A stretch of DNA of 64,000 nt. Source: Acidobacteriota bacterium (GTDB lineage Bacteria > Acidobacteriota > Thermoanaerobaculia > Multivoradales > JAGPDF01). A program made the translations under genes and the position numbers. Below are positions 17,046 through 27,929 of this stretch, piece after piece (the stretch's first letter is position 1; the number at the start of each line of letters is the position of its first letter). A model generated the notes under the pieces. That model ran no database searches. It was not told where the DNA came from and worked only from the letters and a program-made list of their open reading frames with translations. The DNA lies in contig JAAYLR010000019.1 of the NCBI GenBank assembly GCA_012521815.1, forward strand, positions 672-64,671, read 5' to 3'.

Positions 17046-18851
17046 TCAGCGCGGCTCCCAGGCGAAGCCGGCCGCGAGGGTGGCGAAGGCGGTCCGGAAA
17101 CCGGGCCCTTCGACCGTCAGGAGCCGCAGCGCCCCCGGCTCGGCCCAGAGAGCGCCCGCGGCTCGTTCCCCCTCGCCGGTGAGGGCGAGCGCGCCGCCGA
17201 GCGGGCGCGGCGGCCCGGAGGCCGGCACCCCGGCCGCGGCGAGGCGGGCGGCGGCGCGGCGCCAGAGGTCGTCGGAGCCGCCGCTCTCCTCCTCGTGCAG
17301 CTCGGCGCGCAGCCCGCCGGGGCCGGTGAGCGCGACCACGAGGCTCTCGGGCCAGAGCGCGTCGGCCCGCTCCACCCGCCAGCCCGGCGGGAGGGAGAGC
17401 GTGAGGCCAAGCCCCGGGTTGCGGTAGGTCGTGGCGTCGGCCGACCAGGGCGGGGCGCCGGGCGCGGCGCGCAGCTCGCGGCCGCCGACGGTCGCCTCCT
17501 CGATCTCCACCCGGAGGTGGCCGAGGAGCTGGAGGCCGCCGAGGAGCGCGGGCCCGAGGCCGTGCGCGAGCCCGTCGCGGACGAGGGCGATCCGGGCGGC
17601 GTCGGCCGCCCCGTCGCGGTAGAGGGCGGAGTCGAACGGGATCCAGGCGCCGCCGAGGTGGAACTCCACCCAGGCGTGCCCGGCCCAGAGGCCGCCGGTG
17701 TGCGCGAGGCCGGCGACGAAGCGGGCCGGGATGCCGCTCGCCCGGGCGAGGGCGGCGAGGAGGACCGCGTGGCCGACGCAGGTGCCGCGGCGGTCGCGGA
17801 CGACCTCGGAGGCGGGCGCGAAGACGATCCCCGCATCGAAGGCGAGCGCGCCGTGGACCCAGCGGGCGAGCGCACGGGCACGCTGCCAGGGGTCGGGCTC
17901 GGTGCCCGCGATCTCGCGGGCGAGGCGGACGATCTCCGGGTGCCCGGATTCGATGAACGGCCCCGGCGCGAGGAGCGCCCCGAGCTCGGGGGCGACCGTG
18001 CGCGGGGTGGTGAGCGGTCCGGCGGGCGCCGCGGCCCGCCGGATCTCGAGCCGGCGGGTGGCGCCCGCGGCGTGCAGGAGCCGCTCGGTGTCGGGTGCGA
18101 GCGGCGGCCAGCCGAGCCGGGGCTCGGCGAGCGTGAGGCGGACCACCAGCCGGGTCGTCTCCCGCGCCGGCGAGAGGCGGAGGTTCGCCGGCTGGAGCGC
18201 GGCGGTGAACGCCCCGGCCGGCGCGGCGCCCGCCGCCGCGGCGCGGGCCGCGGCCGCGTCGGCGCGGTCGAGGACGAGCGTCCCGAACGGGCTCGGCTCG
18301 CTCGCGCGCACCAGCCGCCCCGCGGCGTCGAGATGGAGGACGCGGATACCCGCGACCCCGGAAGTCTCCTCGTGCACCTCCCGCAGGGGGCCGCCGGGAG
18401 CGTCGGTGATCGCCACGAGGGTACGCCGGACCGGGAGGACCGCCGGCAGCTCGGCTTCGAGCTGGAGGAGCTCGATCGCGTCGCCGGGGGCACGGAGCGC
18501 GGCCGACGTGCGTTCGCGCGCCGCCTGCGGACCGGGCAGCTCGGCGGGAAGGGCGAGCTCGCTCTCCGGCCCGGCCGGCGTGCCGTCGGCGGCCACGAAC
18601 CGCCAGCGGAGGCGGTTTCCTTCCACGCGGGCCGCGATCACCTGCCGCTGCCGCGACAGCTCCTGCTCGCTCCGGGCGCTCAGGAGGCGGCCGTCGGAGC
18701 CCTCGACGAGCTCGGAGACGAGCCGCATCTCGATCTCGCTGCCGAGGCGGTCGAGCCGGAGGCGCAGCTCGCTGCGGGTCGCGATCCGGCCGCCCGTGAG
18801 CGGGACGACCTCTTCGGAGAGGCTGCCGGCGGACGCCTCGCCGAGGCGCAC
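17046..18851 (-). CDS. Transglutaminase-like superfamily protein (Cys-His-Asp core) with a large N-terminal domain
   Basis: RRGTCVGHAVLLAALARASGIPARFVAGL...HAWVEF is the transglutaminase core. GTG is the first in-frame start. The in-frame upstream translation reads like a signal peptide (see findings). Confidence 0.65.
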   Translation of the reverse strand: MRLGEASAGSLSEEVVPLTGGRIATRSELRLRLDRLGSEIEMRLVSELVEGSDGRLLSARSEQELSRQRQVIAARVEGNRLRWRFVAADGTPAGPESELALPAELPGPQAARERTSAALRAPGDAIELLQLEAELPAVLPVRRTLVAITDAPGGPLREVHEETSGVAGIRVLHLDAAGRLVRASEPSPFGTLVLDRADAAAARAAAAGAAPAGAFTAALQPANLRLSPARETTRLVVRLTLAEPRLGWPPLAPDTERLLHAAGATRRLEIRRAAAPAGPLTTPRTVAPELGALLAPGPFIESGHPEIVRLAREIAGTEPDPWQRARALARWVHGALAFDAGIVFAPASEVVRDRRGTCVGHAVLLAALARASGIPARFVAGLAHTGGLWAGHAWVEFHLGGAWIPFDSALYRDGAADAARIALVRDGLAHGLGPALLGGLQLLGHLRVEIEEATVGGRELRAAPGAPPWSADATTYRNPGLGLTLSLPPGWRVERADALWPESLVVALTGPGGLRAELHEEESGGSDDLWRRAAARLAAAGVPASGPPRPLGGALALTGEGERAAGALWAEPGALRLLTVEGPGFRTAFATLAAGFAWEPR

Positions 18852-18999
18852 CGTCCACCAGGAGCGCTCCGCGGCCGGTGCCGGGGTAGCGAGGAGAAGC
18901 GCGAGGAGGCCGGAGAGCGGCAGGAGCCGCCACGGGCGCGGCGGGCGCTCGCGCGCCGCCGGCCCGCGTCCGTTCGGGGCGAAGAGGCTCAGACCGCGA

Positions 19000-20526
19000 T
19001 CACCCCGCGCTCGGCCCCGGCGCCTTGCCGAAGATCGGCTCGAGCGTCTCGGGCTTCGGCGCCGGCGTGAGCAGGCTCACGACGATCAGCAGCCCGATCG
19101 AGACGAGCGCCGCCGGATAGATGCTCGGGATCCCCCACGGATCCTTGCCGAAGTAGTCGCTGCCACCCGCCGCTCCCTGCATCACGCCCGGGGCGATCCA
19201 GGGAAGGATGAACTCGAAGAAGACGGTCGTCACCGCGCCGCCGATGATCGAGGCGAGCCCGCCCTGCCAGGTCGCCCGCCGCCAGGTGAGCGCGGCGAAG
19301 AGCGCCGGGGTGACGGCGACGCCGTACATCGTGTAGGCGAAGTAGGCGTACTGGAGGATCGAGATCTGCGACTTCAGGACCGTGGGGATGAAGATCATCA
19401 GGAAGGCGCAGAAGCCCATCAGGACGATGAACACCTTCTGGAGCGCCACCATCTTCTCGGGGTCGGCGTTCGGGTTGATCATGCTCTGGTAGATGTCGCG
19501 CATCACGTTCGAGCTCGACGAGAGCAGGTAGTTCATCCCCGTGGAGAGGACGACCGCGCACGCCGCCGCGAGCAGCAGCACCCCGACCGGACCCGGCACC
19601 ATGTAGCGGGCGGCGTTGAGCACGAGCGCCCGGCCGTCCCACCCCTTCATGAACTCGGTGTTGAAGACCGAGGCGTAGACGGCGATCGCGATGACGATCG
19701 TCTCGACGACGATCGTGCCGACGATCCAGATCGCCACCGCCTTCTTCGCCTCCTTCGGCGAGCGGGCCGCGTAGAACTTCTGGTACATCGACTGCACACC
19801 CATCAGCAGCAGGAGCGTCGAGAGGAAGTAGCTGAGCCCCTTGAGCGCCGGGTACTTGCCGAAGTCCTGGGCGAAGAGCTGGAACCGGGCGGGATCGAGC
19901 ACCTCGCGCGCGTGCCCCCAGCCGCCCGCCGCCGAGACGACGAACGGGATCGCGAGCAGCGAGGCGAGGACGATGATGATCCCGTTCGGCAGGTCGGTGT
20001 GGGCGACCGCGATCATCCCGCCGATGGCGACGAAGAGGATCACGAAGCCGGCGGTGATCGCCTGCCCGGTCTCGAGCGAGATGCTCCCGTCGGAGATCAC
20101 GTTGAGGATGTAGCCGCCGGCACGGAACTGGTAGGCGACGATCGTGGTGAAGGCGATGATCAGCGCGATCGCGCCGAAGAGGCGGGCGAAGCGGCCGTAG
20201 CGCACCTCGAGGATGTCGCCGACGGTGTACTGCCCGAAGGTCCGGATGCGGGCGGCGACGAAGTAGATGATCCCGATCCCGAGAAACGCCCCGGCCGGCT
20301 GCCAGAGCGCGCTCCAGCCGGCGTAGGAGGCGTACTCGGCGCCCGCGATGAAGGTGCCCGACCCGATCCAGGTGCAGACCAGCGTGAAGACCATCTTGGT
20401 CAGCGAGAGGCTCCGCCCCGCGACCATGAAGTCGTCCTGCGAGCGGATCTGGCGCGAGCGCCAGATGTTGTAGCCCGTCATCACGAGCAGGTAGGCCAGA
20501 ATCACGTAGAGGTAGATGTGCCCCAT
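19000..20526 (-). CDS. Sodium:solute symporter family (SSF) transporter
   Basis: Start MGHIYLYVILAYLLVM at 20526. About 13 TM helices. The SSF signature region GSGTFIAGAEYASYAGW is present. Confidence 0.8.
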   Translation of the reverse strand: MGHIYLYVILAYLLVMTGYNIWRSRQIRSQDDFMVAGRSLSLTKMVFTLVCTWIGSGTFIAGAEYASYAGWSALWQPAGAFLGIGIIYFVAARIRTFGQYTVGDILEVRYGRFARLFGAIALIIAFTTIVAYQFRAGGYILNVISDGSISLETGQAITAGFVILFVAIGGMIAVAHTDLPNGIIIVLASLLAIPFVVSAAGGWGHAREVLDPARFQLFAQDFGKYPALKGLSYFLSTLLLLMGVQSMYQKFYAARSPKEAKKAVAIWIVGTIVVETIVIAIAVYASVFNTEFMKGWDGRALVLNAARYMVPGPVGVLLLAAACAVVLSTGMNYLLSSSSNVMRDIYQSMINPNADPEKMVALQKVFIVLMGFCAFLMIFIPTVLKSQISILQYAYFAYTMYGVAVTPALFAALTWRRATWQGGLASIIGGAVTTVFFEFILPWIAPGVMQGAAGGSDYFGKDPWGIPSIYPAALVSIGLLIVVSLLTPAPKPETLEPIFGKAPGPSAG

Positions 20527-20588
20527 GGGACCTCCGGAGTGTGGGATACGAAAACGGGGGGCGGCCCGTCCGCCGCCCCCCGGTCGGT

Positions 20589-21770
20589 TCAGATCAGCAC
20601 CAGCTCCCGCTGGATCGCCCCGGCTACCTCCACCTTGCCCGCGGGGGTGATGAAGACGTTGATCTCCGAGCGCACCGCCATCTCCCCTTCGAGATAGATC
20701 CCGGGCTCGATCGAGAAGCAGATCCCCGGCACCAGCTCGCGCTCGTCCCGGGTCTCGAGGTTGTCGATGTTCACGCCGTTGCCGTGCACCTTCTCCCCGA
20801 TCGAGTGGCCGGTGCGGTGGAGGAAGTACGGCCCGTAGCCGGCCTTCTCGACCACGCTCCGGCAGGCGTCGTCCACCTCCCAGCCGCAGAGCTTCTCCCC
20901 CTTCGCGTACCGGTCGCGGATGAAGGCGAGGGCGGCGTCGCGCGCGTCGCGCACGACGTGGAAGATCTCGACGTACTTCGGCGGCGGCGCGCTGCCCACG
21001 AAGCCGCACCAGGTGATGTCGTAGAAGATCGCGCCCGGTTGGTCGAGCTTCGCCCAGAGGTCGATCAGCAGCGTGTCCCCCTGCCGGATCGGGCGGGCGT
21101 TGGCCGGCGTCGGCTCGAAGTGCGGATCGGCGGGCTGCTCGTTGGTCCCGACGATCGGGTACTCGCCCATGCAGGTCATCCCCTCCTCGCCGAAGCGGCG
21201 GACGATGAACTGCTGCAGGTCGTACTGGGTGAGCGTCGCCCCGGCGCGGAGCCGCTCGCCGACGAGCGCGAACGCCTCGTCCTTGATCCGCTGCACCCGC
21301 TCGCCGGCCGCCAGGTGCGAGTGGTACGCCGCCTCGTCGAGGACGGCCTGGAAGGTCTGCACGAGCCCGGCCGAGGAGACGACCTCGTAGCCGAGGGAGC
21401 GGATGAGATCCACGGTGCCGCCGTCGATCGTCGAGACGTAGGGGATGTTGGCGAGCGGCGAGTACTGCATCGCCACCGTCCGGGCCGGCCCGAGCAGCTC
21501 CTTGAGGCCGGCGTGGAGCTCGCGCCAGGAGAGGTAGAGCCGCTTCTCGCCGGGCAGCTTGTCGAGCTTCGTCGGCTCGACCTTGTGGGCGAGCTTCAGC
21601 GGCTCGCCGTCGGCCGGGATCCAGTAGAACCACCGCCGGCTCGTGAACTTCCCGTAGTCCATGCCGAGCACGTGGTAGGCGATCGCGTCGCGGTTGTGGA
21701 AGTCGTAGAGCAGCCAGCCGTCGATCCCGGCGGCTCGCAACTCTTCCTGGATTCTCGCAATCTGCGGCAC
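20589..21770 (-). CDS. M24 family Xaa-Pro aminopeptidase/dipeptidase
   Basis: The HRTGHSIGEKVHG metal-binding region and pita-bread fold motifs are present. Confidence 0.8.
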   Translation of the reverse strand: MPQIARIQEELRAAGIDGWLLYDFHNRDAIAYHVLGMDYGKFTSRRWFYWIPADGEPLKLAHKVEPTKLDKLPGEKRLYLSWRELHAGLKELLGPARTVAMQYSPLANIPYVSTIDGGTVDLIRSLGYEVVSSAGLVQTFQAVLDEAAYHSHLAAGERVQRIKDEAFALVGERLRAGATLTQYDLQQFIVRRFGEEGMTCMGEYPIVGTNEQPADPHFEPTPANARPIRQGDTLLIDLWAKLDQPGAIFYDITWCGFVGSAPPPKYVEIFHVVRDARDAALAFIRDRYAKGEKLCGWEVDDACRSVVEKAGYGPYFLHRTGHSIGEKVHGNGVNIDNLETRDERELVPGICFSIEPGIYLEGEMAVRSEINVFITPAGKVEVAGAIQRELVLI

Positions 21771-22063
21771 TGGAACCTCCTGGGCAGAACGCAGACCGGG
21801 GCGCGGATCACCCCGGTGCGGTGATGGATGAACGGCTCGTGAGCATACGAGAGGGTGGGCAGGGGAGACGTGAGGTCGATCCCATCCGGCGCCTTTCGGG
21901 GCCGGTCCGAGCGAACCGCGCGCCCGTTGCCGCGTGAGCGGTCAATGTAGCACAGCCGGGCGGCCGGAGCGGCCGGGGCGGGGTACCATCGGCAGAGGCG
22001 GCCGTGGCCGTCCGGAGGCGGTCCGGGGCCGGCGCGACGGGGCCGCACGGAGGGGAGGAGACG

Positions 22064-22549
22064 ATGACGGAGAGGGCGTTCCAGGACGACTACCCCGACG
22101 ATCTCGCCTGGTGTTACGGCTGCGGCCGGCTCAACCCGCACGGCCACCAGATCCGGAGCTTCTGGGACGGCGAGGAGACGGTCTGCACCTTCACGCCGAA
22201 GCCGTACCACGTCGCGATCCCGGGCTACGTCTACGGCGGGCTGATCGCCTCGCTCGTCGACTGCCACTCGACCGGCACCGCCGCCGCGGCCGCCTGCCGC
22301 GCCGCCGGCCGGCCGCTCGCCGCCCAGCCGCCGCTGCGCTTCCTCACCGCCGCGCTCCACGTCGACTACCTGCGGCCGACCCCGCTCGGCGTCCCGCTCG
22401 AGCTGCGCGGTCGGGTCAGGGAGATGAAGGGGCGCAAGGTGGTGGTCGAGTGCGAGGTGCGCGCGGGCGAGCTCCTCTGCGCCCGCGGCGAGGTCGTGGC
22501 GGTGCAGGTGCCCGATGAGCTGCGCCCGAGCGAGAGCGCCGGCGGCTGA
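22064..22549 (+). CDS. PaaI/hotdog-fold thioesterase-like protein
   Basis: YVYGGLIASLVDCHS matches the thioesterase superfamily core. The start is MTERAFQDD. Confidence 0.65.
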   Translation: MTERAFQDDYPDDLAWCYGCGRLNPHGHQIRSFWDGEETVCTFTPKPYHVAIPGYVYGGLIASLVDCHSTGTAAAAACRAAGRPLAAQPPLRFLTAALHVDYLRPTPLGVPLELRGRVREMKGRKVVVECEVRAGELLCARGEVVAVQVPDELRPSESAGG

Positions 22550-23141
22550 GACGCCGCCGGCCCGCCGCCGGCGGGCCCTCTCCCACCTCGTGGCGTTCGA
22601 CGACGCCCCGTTCCCGCGCGCCTTCCGGGGCGACGTGCCGGTGGTCGGCGCGGTCTGTGCCCGTGACCGGTTCGAAGGGTTCCTTGCCGGGGCGGTGCGC
22701 CGCGACGGGGCGAACGCCACCGCGGTGCTCGCGACCCTCGTCCGGGAGTCGCGCTTCGCGCCGCAGCTCGGTCTGATCCTCCTCGAGGGGCTCGCGCTCG
22801 CCGGCTTCAACGTGGTCGATCTGCCGCGGCTCGCGGCGGCGAGCGGCTGCGCGGTGCTGGCGGTCGCGCGGCGCCCCTCCGACCAGCGGGCGCTGCGGGC
22901 GGCCCTCCGCGACCGGGTGCCGGGGGGACGGGCGAAGTGGGCCCGCGTCGAGCGCGCCGGGGCGCAGGAGCCGTGCGCCGGCCTCTGGGTGCAGCGGGCC
23001 GGGCTCACCCTCGCCGAGGCGGAGAGGGCGCTCGCACCCCACCTCGGCCCGGGGCGGCTGCCGGCGCCGCTCCGCCTCGCCCACCTTGCCGCGGGTCTGC
23101 TCGCGGTCGGACGGCGCGGGCGGCGGGGCTGGCTATACTGA
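22515..23141 (+). CDS. DUF99/UPF0215 family protein (EndoV-like fold). The start is uncertain: the ATG at 22515 overlaps the thioesterase by 35 bp, and a GTG at 22590 is an alternative.
   Basis: VAFDDAPFPRAF...VPVVGAVCARDRFEGFLAGAVRRDGANATAVLATLVRESRFAPQLGLILLEGLALAGFNVVD matches the DUF99 pattern. Confidence 0.5.
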   Translation: MSCARARAPAAETPPARRRRALSHLVAFDDAPFPRAFRGDVPVVGAVCARDRFEGFLAGAVRRDGANATAVLATLVRESRFAPQLGLILLEGLALAGFNVVDLPRLAAASGCAVLAVARRPSDQRALRAALRDRVPGGRAKWARVERAGAQEPCAGLWVQRAGLTLAEAERALAPHLGPGRLPAPLRLAHLAAGLLAVGRRGRRGWLY

Positions 23142-23174
23142 GCCGAGGACGGCAGCAGAACGGGGAGGCGAACG

Positions 23175-23546
23175 ATGGCGGAGACGACGGGGAAGGCCTC
23201 AGGCGGCGGGCTGCACGAGCTCGCCGAGCGGATCCGCACCGGGATCTCGGTCGGGCAGGTCTTCGGCGAGCCGGTGGAGGCCAACGGGCGCACCCTGATC
23301 CCGGTGGCGCGGGTCGCCTTCGGCTTCGGCGGCGGGCTCGGCGCGAGCCGCGACGCGCAGCGATTCACCGGCGTGGGCGAGGACAAGTCGGCGGGCGCCG
23401 GCGGCGGCGGGCTGGCCGCGCCGGTGGGGATGATCGAGATCGCTCCCGACGAAACCCGCTTCATCCCCACGAGCCCCGGCCGCTGGCTGCTCGCGGGTGC
23501 GGTCCTGGGGCTGCTCGCCGGCTGGCTCGTGCGCCGCTGCCGCTGA
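23175..23546 (+). CDS. GerW/YtfJ-family protein
   Basis: VGQVFGEPVEANGRTLIPVARVAFGFGGGLG matches the GerW core, with a C-terminal TM helix. Confidence 0.55.
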   Translation: MAETTGKASGGGLHELAERIRTGISVGQVFGEPVEANGRTLIPVARVAFGFGGGLGASRDAQRFTGVGEDKSAGAGGGGLAAPVGMIEIAPDETRFIPTSPGRWLLAGAVLGLLAGWLVRRCR

Positions 23547-23583
23547 GCGGACCGGGCGTCCGAGCCGCGATATCCTTCGGCGC

Positions 23584-24042
23584 ATGGACGGGCTCTCCGA
23601 CCTCTATCAGGAGGTCATCCTCGATCATTACCGCCGCCCCCGGAACTTCGGCCTTCCGCCGGAGGCCGAGCGGCAGGCGGACGGCCACAACCCCCTCTGC
23701 GGCGACCGGGTGCGGGTGGCGGTGCACCTCGACGGCGGCCGGATCGCCGCGATCGGCTTCGAAGGGAGCGGCTGCGCGATCTCGACCGCCTCCGCCTCGC
23801 TGATGACCGAGGCGGTCCGCGGGCGCACCCTCGACGAGGTCCACGCCCTCTTCCAGCGCTTCCACGACCTCGTCACCCTGCCGGCGGGCGAGGCCGGCGC
23901 GGAGCCCGACGGCTCCCTCGGCAAGCTCGAGGCGCTCGCCGGCGTGCGCGAGTTCCCGATGCGCGTCAAGTGCGCGACGCTCGCCTGGCACACCCTGGAA
24001 GCCGCCCTCGAGGGGGCGACGAGCGCGGTCTCGACCGAGTAG
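23584..24042 (+). CDS. SufU/IscU-like Fe-S cluster assembly or sulfur-acceptor scaffold
   Basis: NPLCGD, GSGCAIS and RVKCA are the three conserved Cys motifs of the SufU/NifU family. The start is MDGLSDLYQEVILDHY. Confidence 0.7.
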   Translation: MDGLSDLYQEVILDHYRRPRNFGLPPEAERQADGHNPLCGDRVRVAVHLDGGRIAAIGFEGSGCAISTASASLMTEAVRGRTLDEVHALFQRFHDLVTLPAGEAGAEPDGSLGKLEALAGVREFPMRVKCATLAWHTLEAALEGATSAVSTE

Positions 24043-24113
24043 GCGCGGCTTCCATCGCCGGGCCGGCCGGTCCCGGCCATGGACGCTCGCGGGTGGCGGT
24101 TGCGTATGATCCC

Positions 24114-24797
24114 GCGATGCGGCGCGCTCCGGTCGGGCTTCTGCTGTTCCTGCTGCTCCTCCTGCCGGCGCCGCCGGCGCGGCCGGCCACCGTGCCGGCG
24201 GCGGCGGGGGAGGTGCTCCACTACCGGTGGCGACTCCAGGGCCTCCTCGGCGGGGTCGCGGGGCTCTTCCTGCCGCGCCAGGGAGAGGCCACCCTCTGCC
24301 AGCGGCCGCTCGAGAGCGGACACCAGGTCTCCGAGCTCTACCTCGTCGCCGGTCACGGCGAAGATGGCCAGTTCTTCCGCTACGGGGCCGAGATCGACCC
24401 TGCGAGCGGCGTGACCGTGCGCGCCTGGAGCAGCTACCGGTGGCGGGGCGAGGCGAAGGCGCGGGAGGCCGAGGTCGGCCAGGCGGGGGTGGTCGACATC
24501 GCCTCCGGGATCCAGGCGCTGCGCCGCGACCCGCCCACCGGCACGCGGGTGCTCGAGATCTGGAGCGACGGCCGGGTCTACCCGGTGCTCGTCCTGCCGG
24601 GGGCGACCCGCCGCCAGCTCCTGCGCGGCGAGCCGGTCACGGTCCGCGCCTACTCGATCCGCGGCCTCTCCCGGCCGGAGCGCCGGACCTGGAAGGGGCG
24701 GCTCGACCTCTGGCTCGCCGACGATCCGGCCGCGACCCCGATGGAGATCCGGGTCCAGCGCAGCCTCGCCGACCTGGTGCTCACCCTCGCGCCCTGA
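24114..24797 (+). CDS. Secreted hypothetical protein (signal peptide MRRAPVGLLLFLLLLLPAPPARPA)
   Basis: Good GC3 bias and an N-terminal signal peptide. No recognisable catalytic motif. Confidence 0.45.
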   Translation, partial: AMRRAPVGLLLFLLLLLPAPPARPATVPAAAGEVLHYRWRLQGLLGGVAGLFLPRQGEATLCQRPLESGHQVSELYLVAGHGEDGQFFRYGAEIDPASGVTVRAWSSYRWRGEAKAREAEVGQAGVVDIASGIQALRRDPPTGTRVLEIWSDGRVYPVLVLPGATRRQLLRGEPVTVRAYSIRGLSRPERRTWKGRLDLWLADDPAATPMEIRVQRSLADLVLTLAP

Positions 24798-24860
24798 GCG
24801 ACCTCGCCCGCCCCCCCGGTCCGGATCAGAACGGAGGACCGCCGCGCGAGGTGGTGCTTT

Positions 24861-24869
24861 TGCTACAAT
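24861..24869 (+). promoter_or_regulatory. Extended -10 promoter element TGCTACAAT about 10 bp upstream of the ispH ATG. No SD, so the transcript is probably leaderless.
   Basis: TGnTACAAT seen directly in a locally AT-richer patch (gtggtgcttttgctacaatagaccacagtATG). Confidence 0.35.
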
Positions 24870-24879
24870 AGACCACAGT

Positions 24880-25760
24880 ATGAACGTCAAACGGGCGGCG
24901 AAGTACGGCTTCTGTGCCGGGGTGCGCATCGCCGACCGGAAGGTCAAGAAGTTCGCCCGCGAGGGGCATCGGGGCGCGATCCTCGGACAGGTGGTGCACA
25001 ACGAGCGGGTGGTCGAGGAGATGCGCCAGCTCGGGGTCGACACCGTCGACGCGCTCGCCGAGACCCGCGAGGAGACGATCGTCTTCTCCGCCCACGGCGT
25101 GCCCCCCTCGTTCCATGCCCGTGCCCGCGAGCAGGGGCTCCGGGTGCTCGACACCACCTGCCCGTTCGTCTACGACATCCACGACGAGGCGGCGGCGGCG
25201 CTGGCGGCGGGGGCGCACCTCGTCTTCATCGGCGACCCGCGCCACCGCGAGGTGATCGGCTACACGCACGACCTCGATCCGGCGGACTACCACGTGCTGC
25301 TGCGGGTGGAGGAGGCGCGGGAGATCGACTGGTCGCGTTACGAGAAGGTCCGGATCTTCTACCAGACGACGCTCAACGCCGGGGAGTTCGAGGAGCTGGT
25401 GCGGTACATCGAGTCGCAGGTGCCCGCGACCCGGCGGGCCGACACGATCTGCTACGCCACCAAGGAGAACCAGGATGCCGCGCTCGCGCTCGGACGCGAT
25501 CCCGAAGTCGATCTGATCCTCGTGATCGGCGGCCGGGCGAGCGCCAACACCCGGCACCTGTGGGAGATCTGCCGGCAGCACAAGCCGAGCCACCTGATCC
25601 AGGGGGTCGCCGACCTCGACCCGTCCTGGTTCGCCGGCGTGACGACGGTCGGGCTCACCGCGGGAGCCTCCACGCCCGACTACGTCGTCGACGAGGTGGA
25701 ACGGGCGCTGCGCGCGCTCGCGCCGGAAGCGGCCGGAGAGTCCGGGGAGAGGATGGCCCG

Positions 25761-25764
<4 letters not shown>
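24880..25764 (+). CDS. ispH: 4-hydroxy-3-methylbut-2-enyl diphosphate reductase (IspH/LytB)
   Basis: YGFCAGV, TCPFV and NTRHL mark the three conserved Cys regions of IspH. Confidence 0.9.
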
Positions 25765-27056
<1,292 letters not shown>

Positions 27057-27191
27057 CCGTTCCGGTTTGCCACCGCTTCCGGCGCGTGTCAGAATGACCA
27101 GGCACCTCCAGATACCGGCACAACCCGCGATCTCTCCGGACGGGGCAGGTCATCGGAGCGGGCCGGAATCCCGGCGGAAGGGCGCGAAACG

Positions 27192-27929
27192 ATGAGTTGC
27201 TGCGGCGCGGCGCGAGAGGGATGGTCCACGGCGGTGACCGGGACGCTCGTCGGCGTGCGGTTCGGCGAGGAGCCGAACATCACTCCCTGCGAGTCGGCCG
27301 GCGAGCTGCTGCCGGCGGGCGCGGCGGTCGTGGTGGACATCGACGGCGAGCCCCGCCTCGGCCGTGTCGAGCAGTCGCCGTTGCCGAGCCTTCGCCCCTG
27401 TCAGCGCCCGCGTACCCGCCCGGTGCTGCGGCGCGCCGCCGCCGCCGACCTCGAAGCGCACGCCAAGCAGCGTGAGCTCGAGCGTACCGCCAAGCGGTTC
27501 TGCCACGAGCGCGCCCTCGCCCTCGGCCTCCAGATGAACGTCTCCCGCGTCGACTTCACCCTCTCGCGCAAGCGGGCGACGGTCCTCTTCACCGCCGAGA
27601 AACGCGTCGATTTCCGGCAGCTCGTCCGCGAGATCAGCCAGCGCTTCGGCGCCCGGGTGCAGATGGTGCAGGCCGGGGCGCGCGACGAGGCGCGCCAGAC
27701 CGGCGGTCTCGGCGTCTGTGGCCGTCAGCTCTGCTGCGGCAGCTGGCTCGACGAGTTCCGGCCGATCGGCATCGGCATGGCGAAGCGCCAGAACCTCTCG
27801 CTTAACCCGGCCAAGATCTCCGGTCTGTGCGGCCGCCTCCTCTGCTGCCTCGGTTTCGAAGACGAGGCGTACAGGCGCGGCGACACGGCGCGGCCGGCCA
27901 CGCCACTTCCGACGATCCCCGAGACATGA
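27192..27929 (+). CDS. ricT: PSP1-domain protein, RicT/YaaT homologue
   Basis: [53 protein letters not shown] is the PSP1 signature. An alternative GTG start lies at 27234. Confidence 0.7.
   Translation: MSCCGAAREGWSTAVTGTLVGVRFGEEPNITPCESAGELLPAGAAVVVDIDGEPRLGRVEQSPLPSLRPCQRPRTRPVLRRAAAADLEAHAKQRELERTAKRFCHERALALGLQMNVSRVDFTLSRKRATVLFTAEKRVDFRQLVREISQRFGARVQMVQAGARDEARQTGGLGVCGRQLCCGSWLDEFRPIGIGMAKRQNLSLNPAKISGLCGRLLCCLGFEDEAYRRGDTARPATPLPTIPET

Noticed and set aside
15049-18933. 1294-aa minus-strand ORF spanning the kinase and transglutaminase-like genes
   Set aside because: Only its C-terminal 645 aa (from MSIRNALLL at 16983) is a real kinase. The upstream part is a Pro/Arg/Ala low-complexity read-through in an alternate frame of the transglutaminase-like gene.
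21596-23470. 624-aa minus-strand ORF
   Set aside because: Antisense to four well-supported plus-strand genes, with low-complexity composition.
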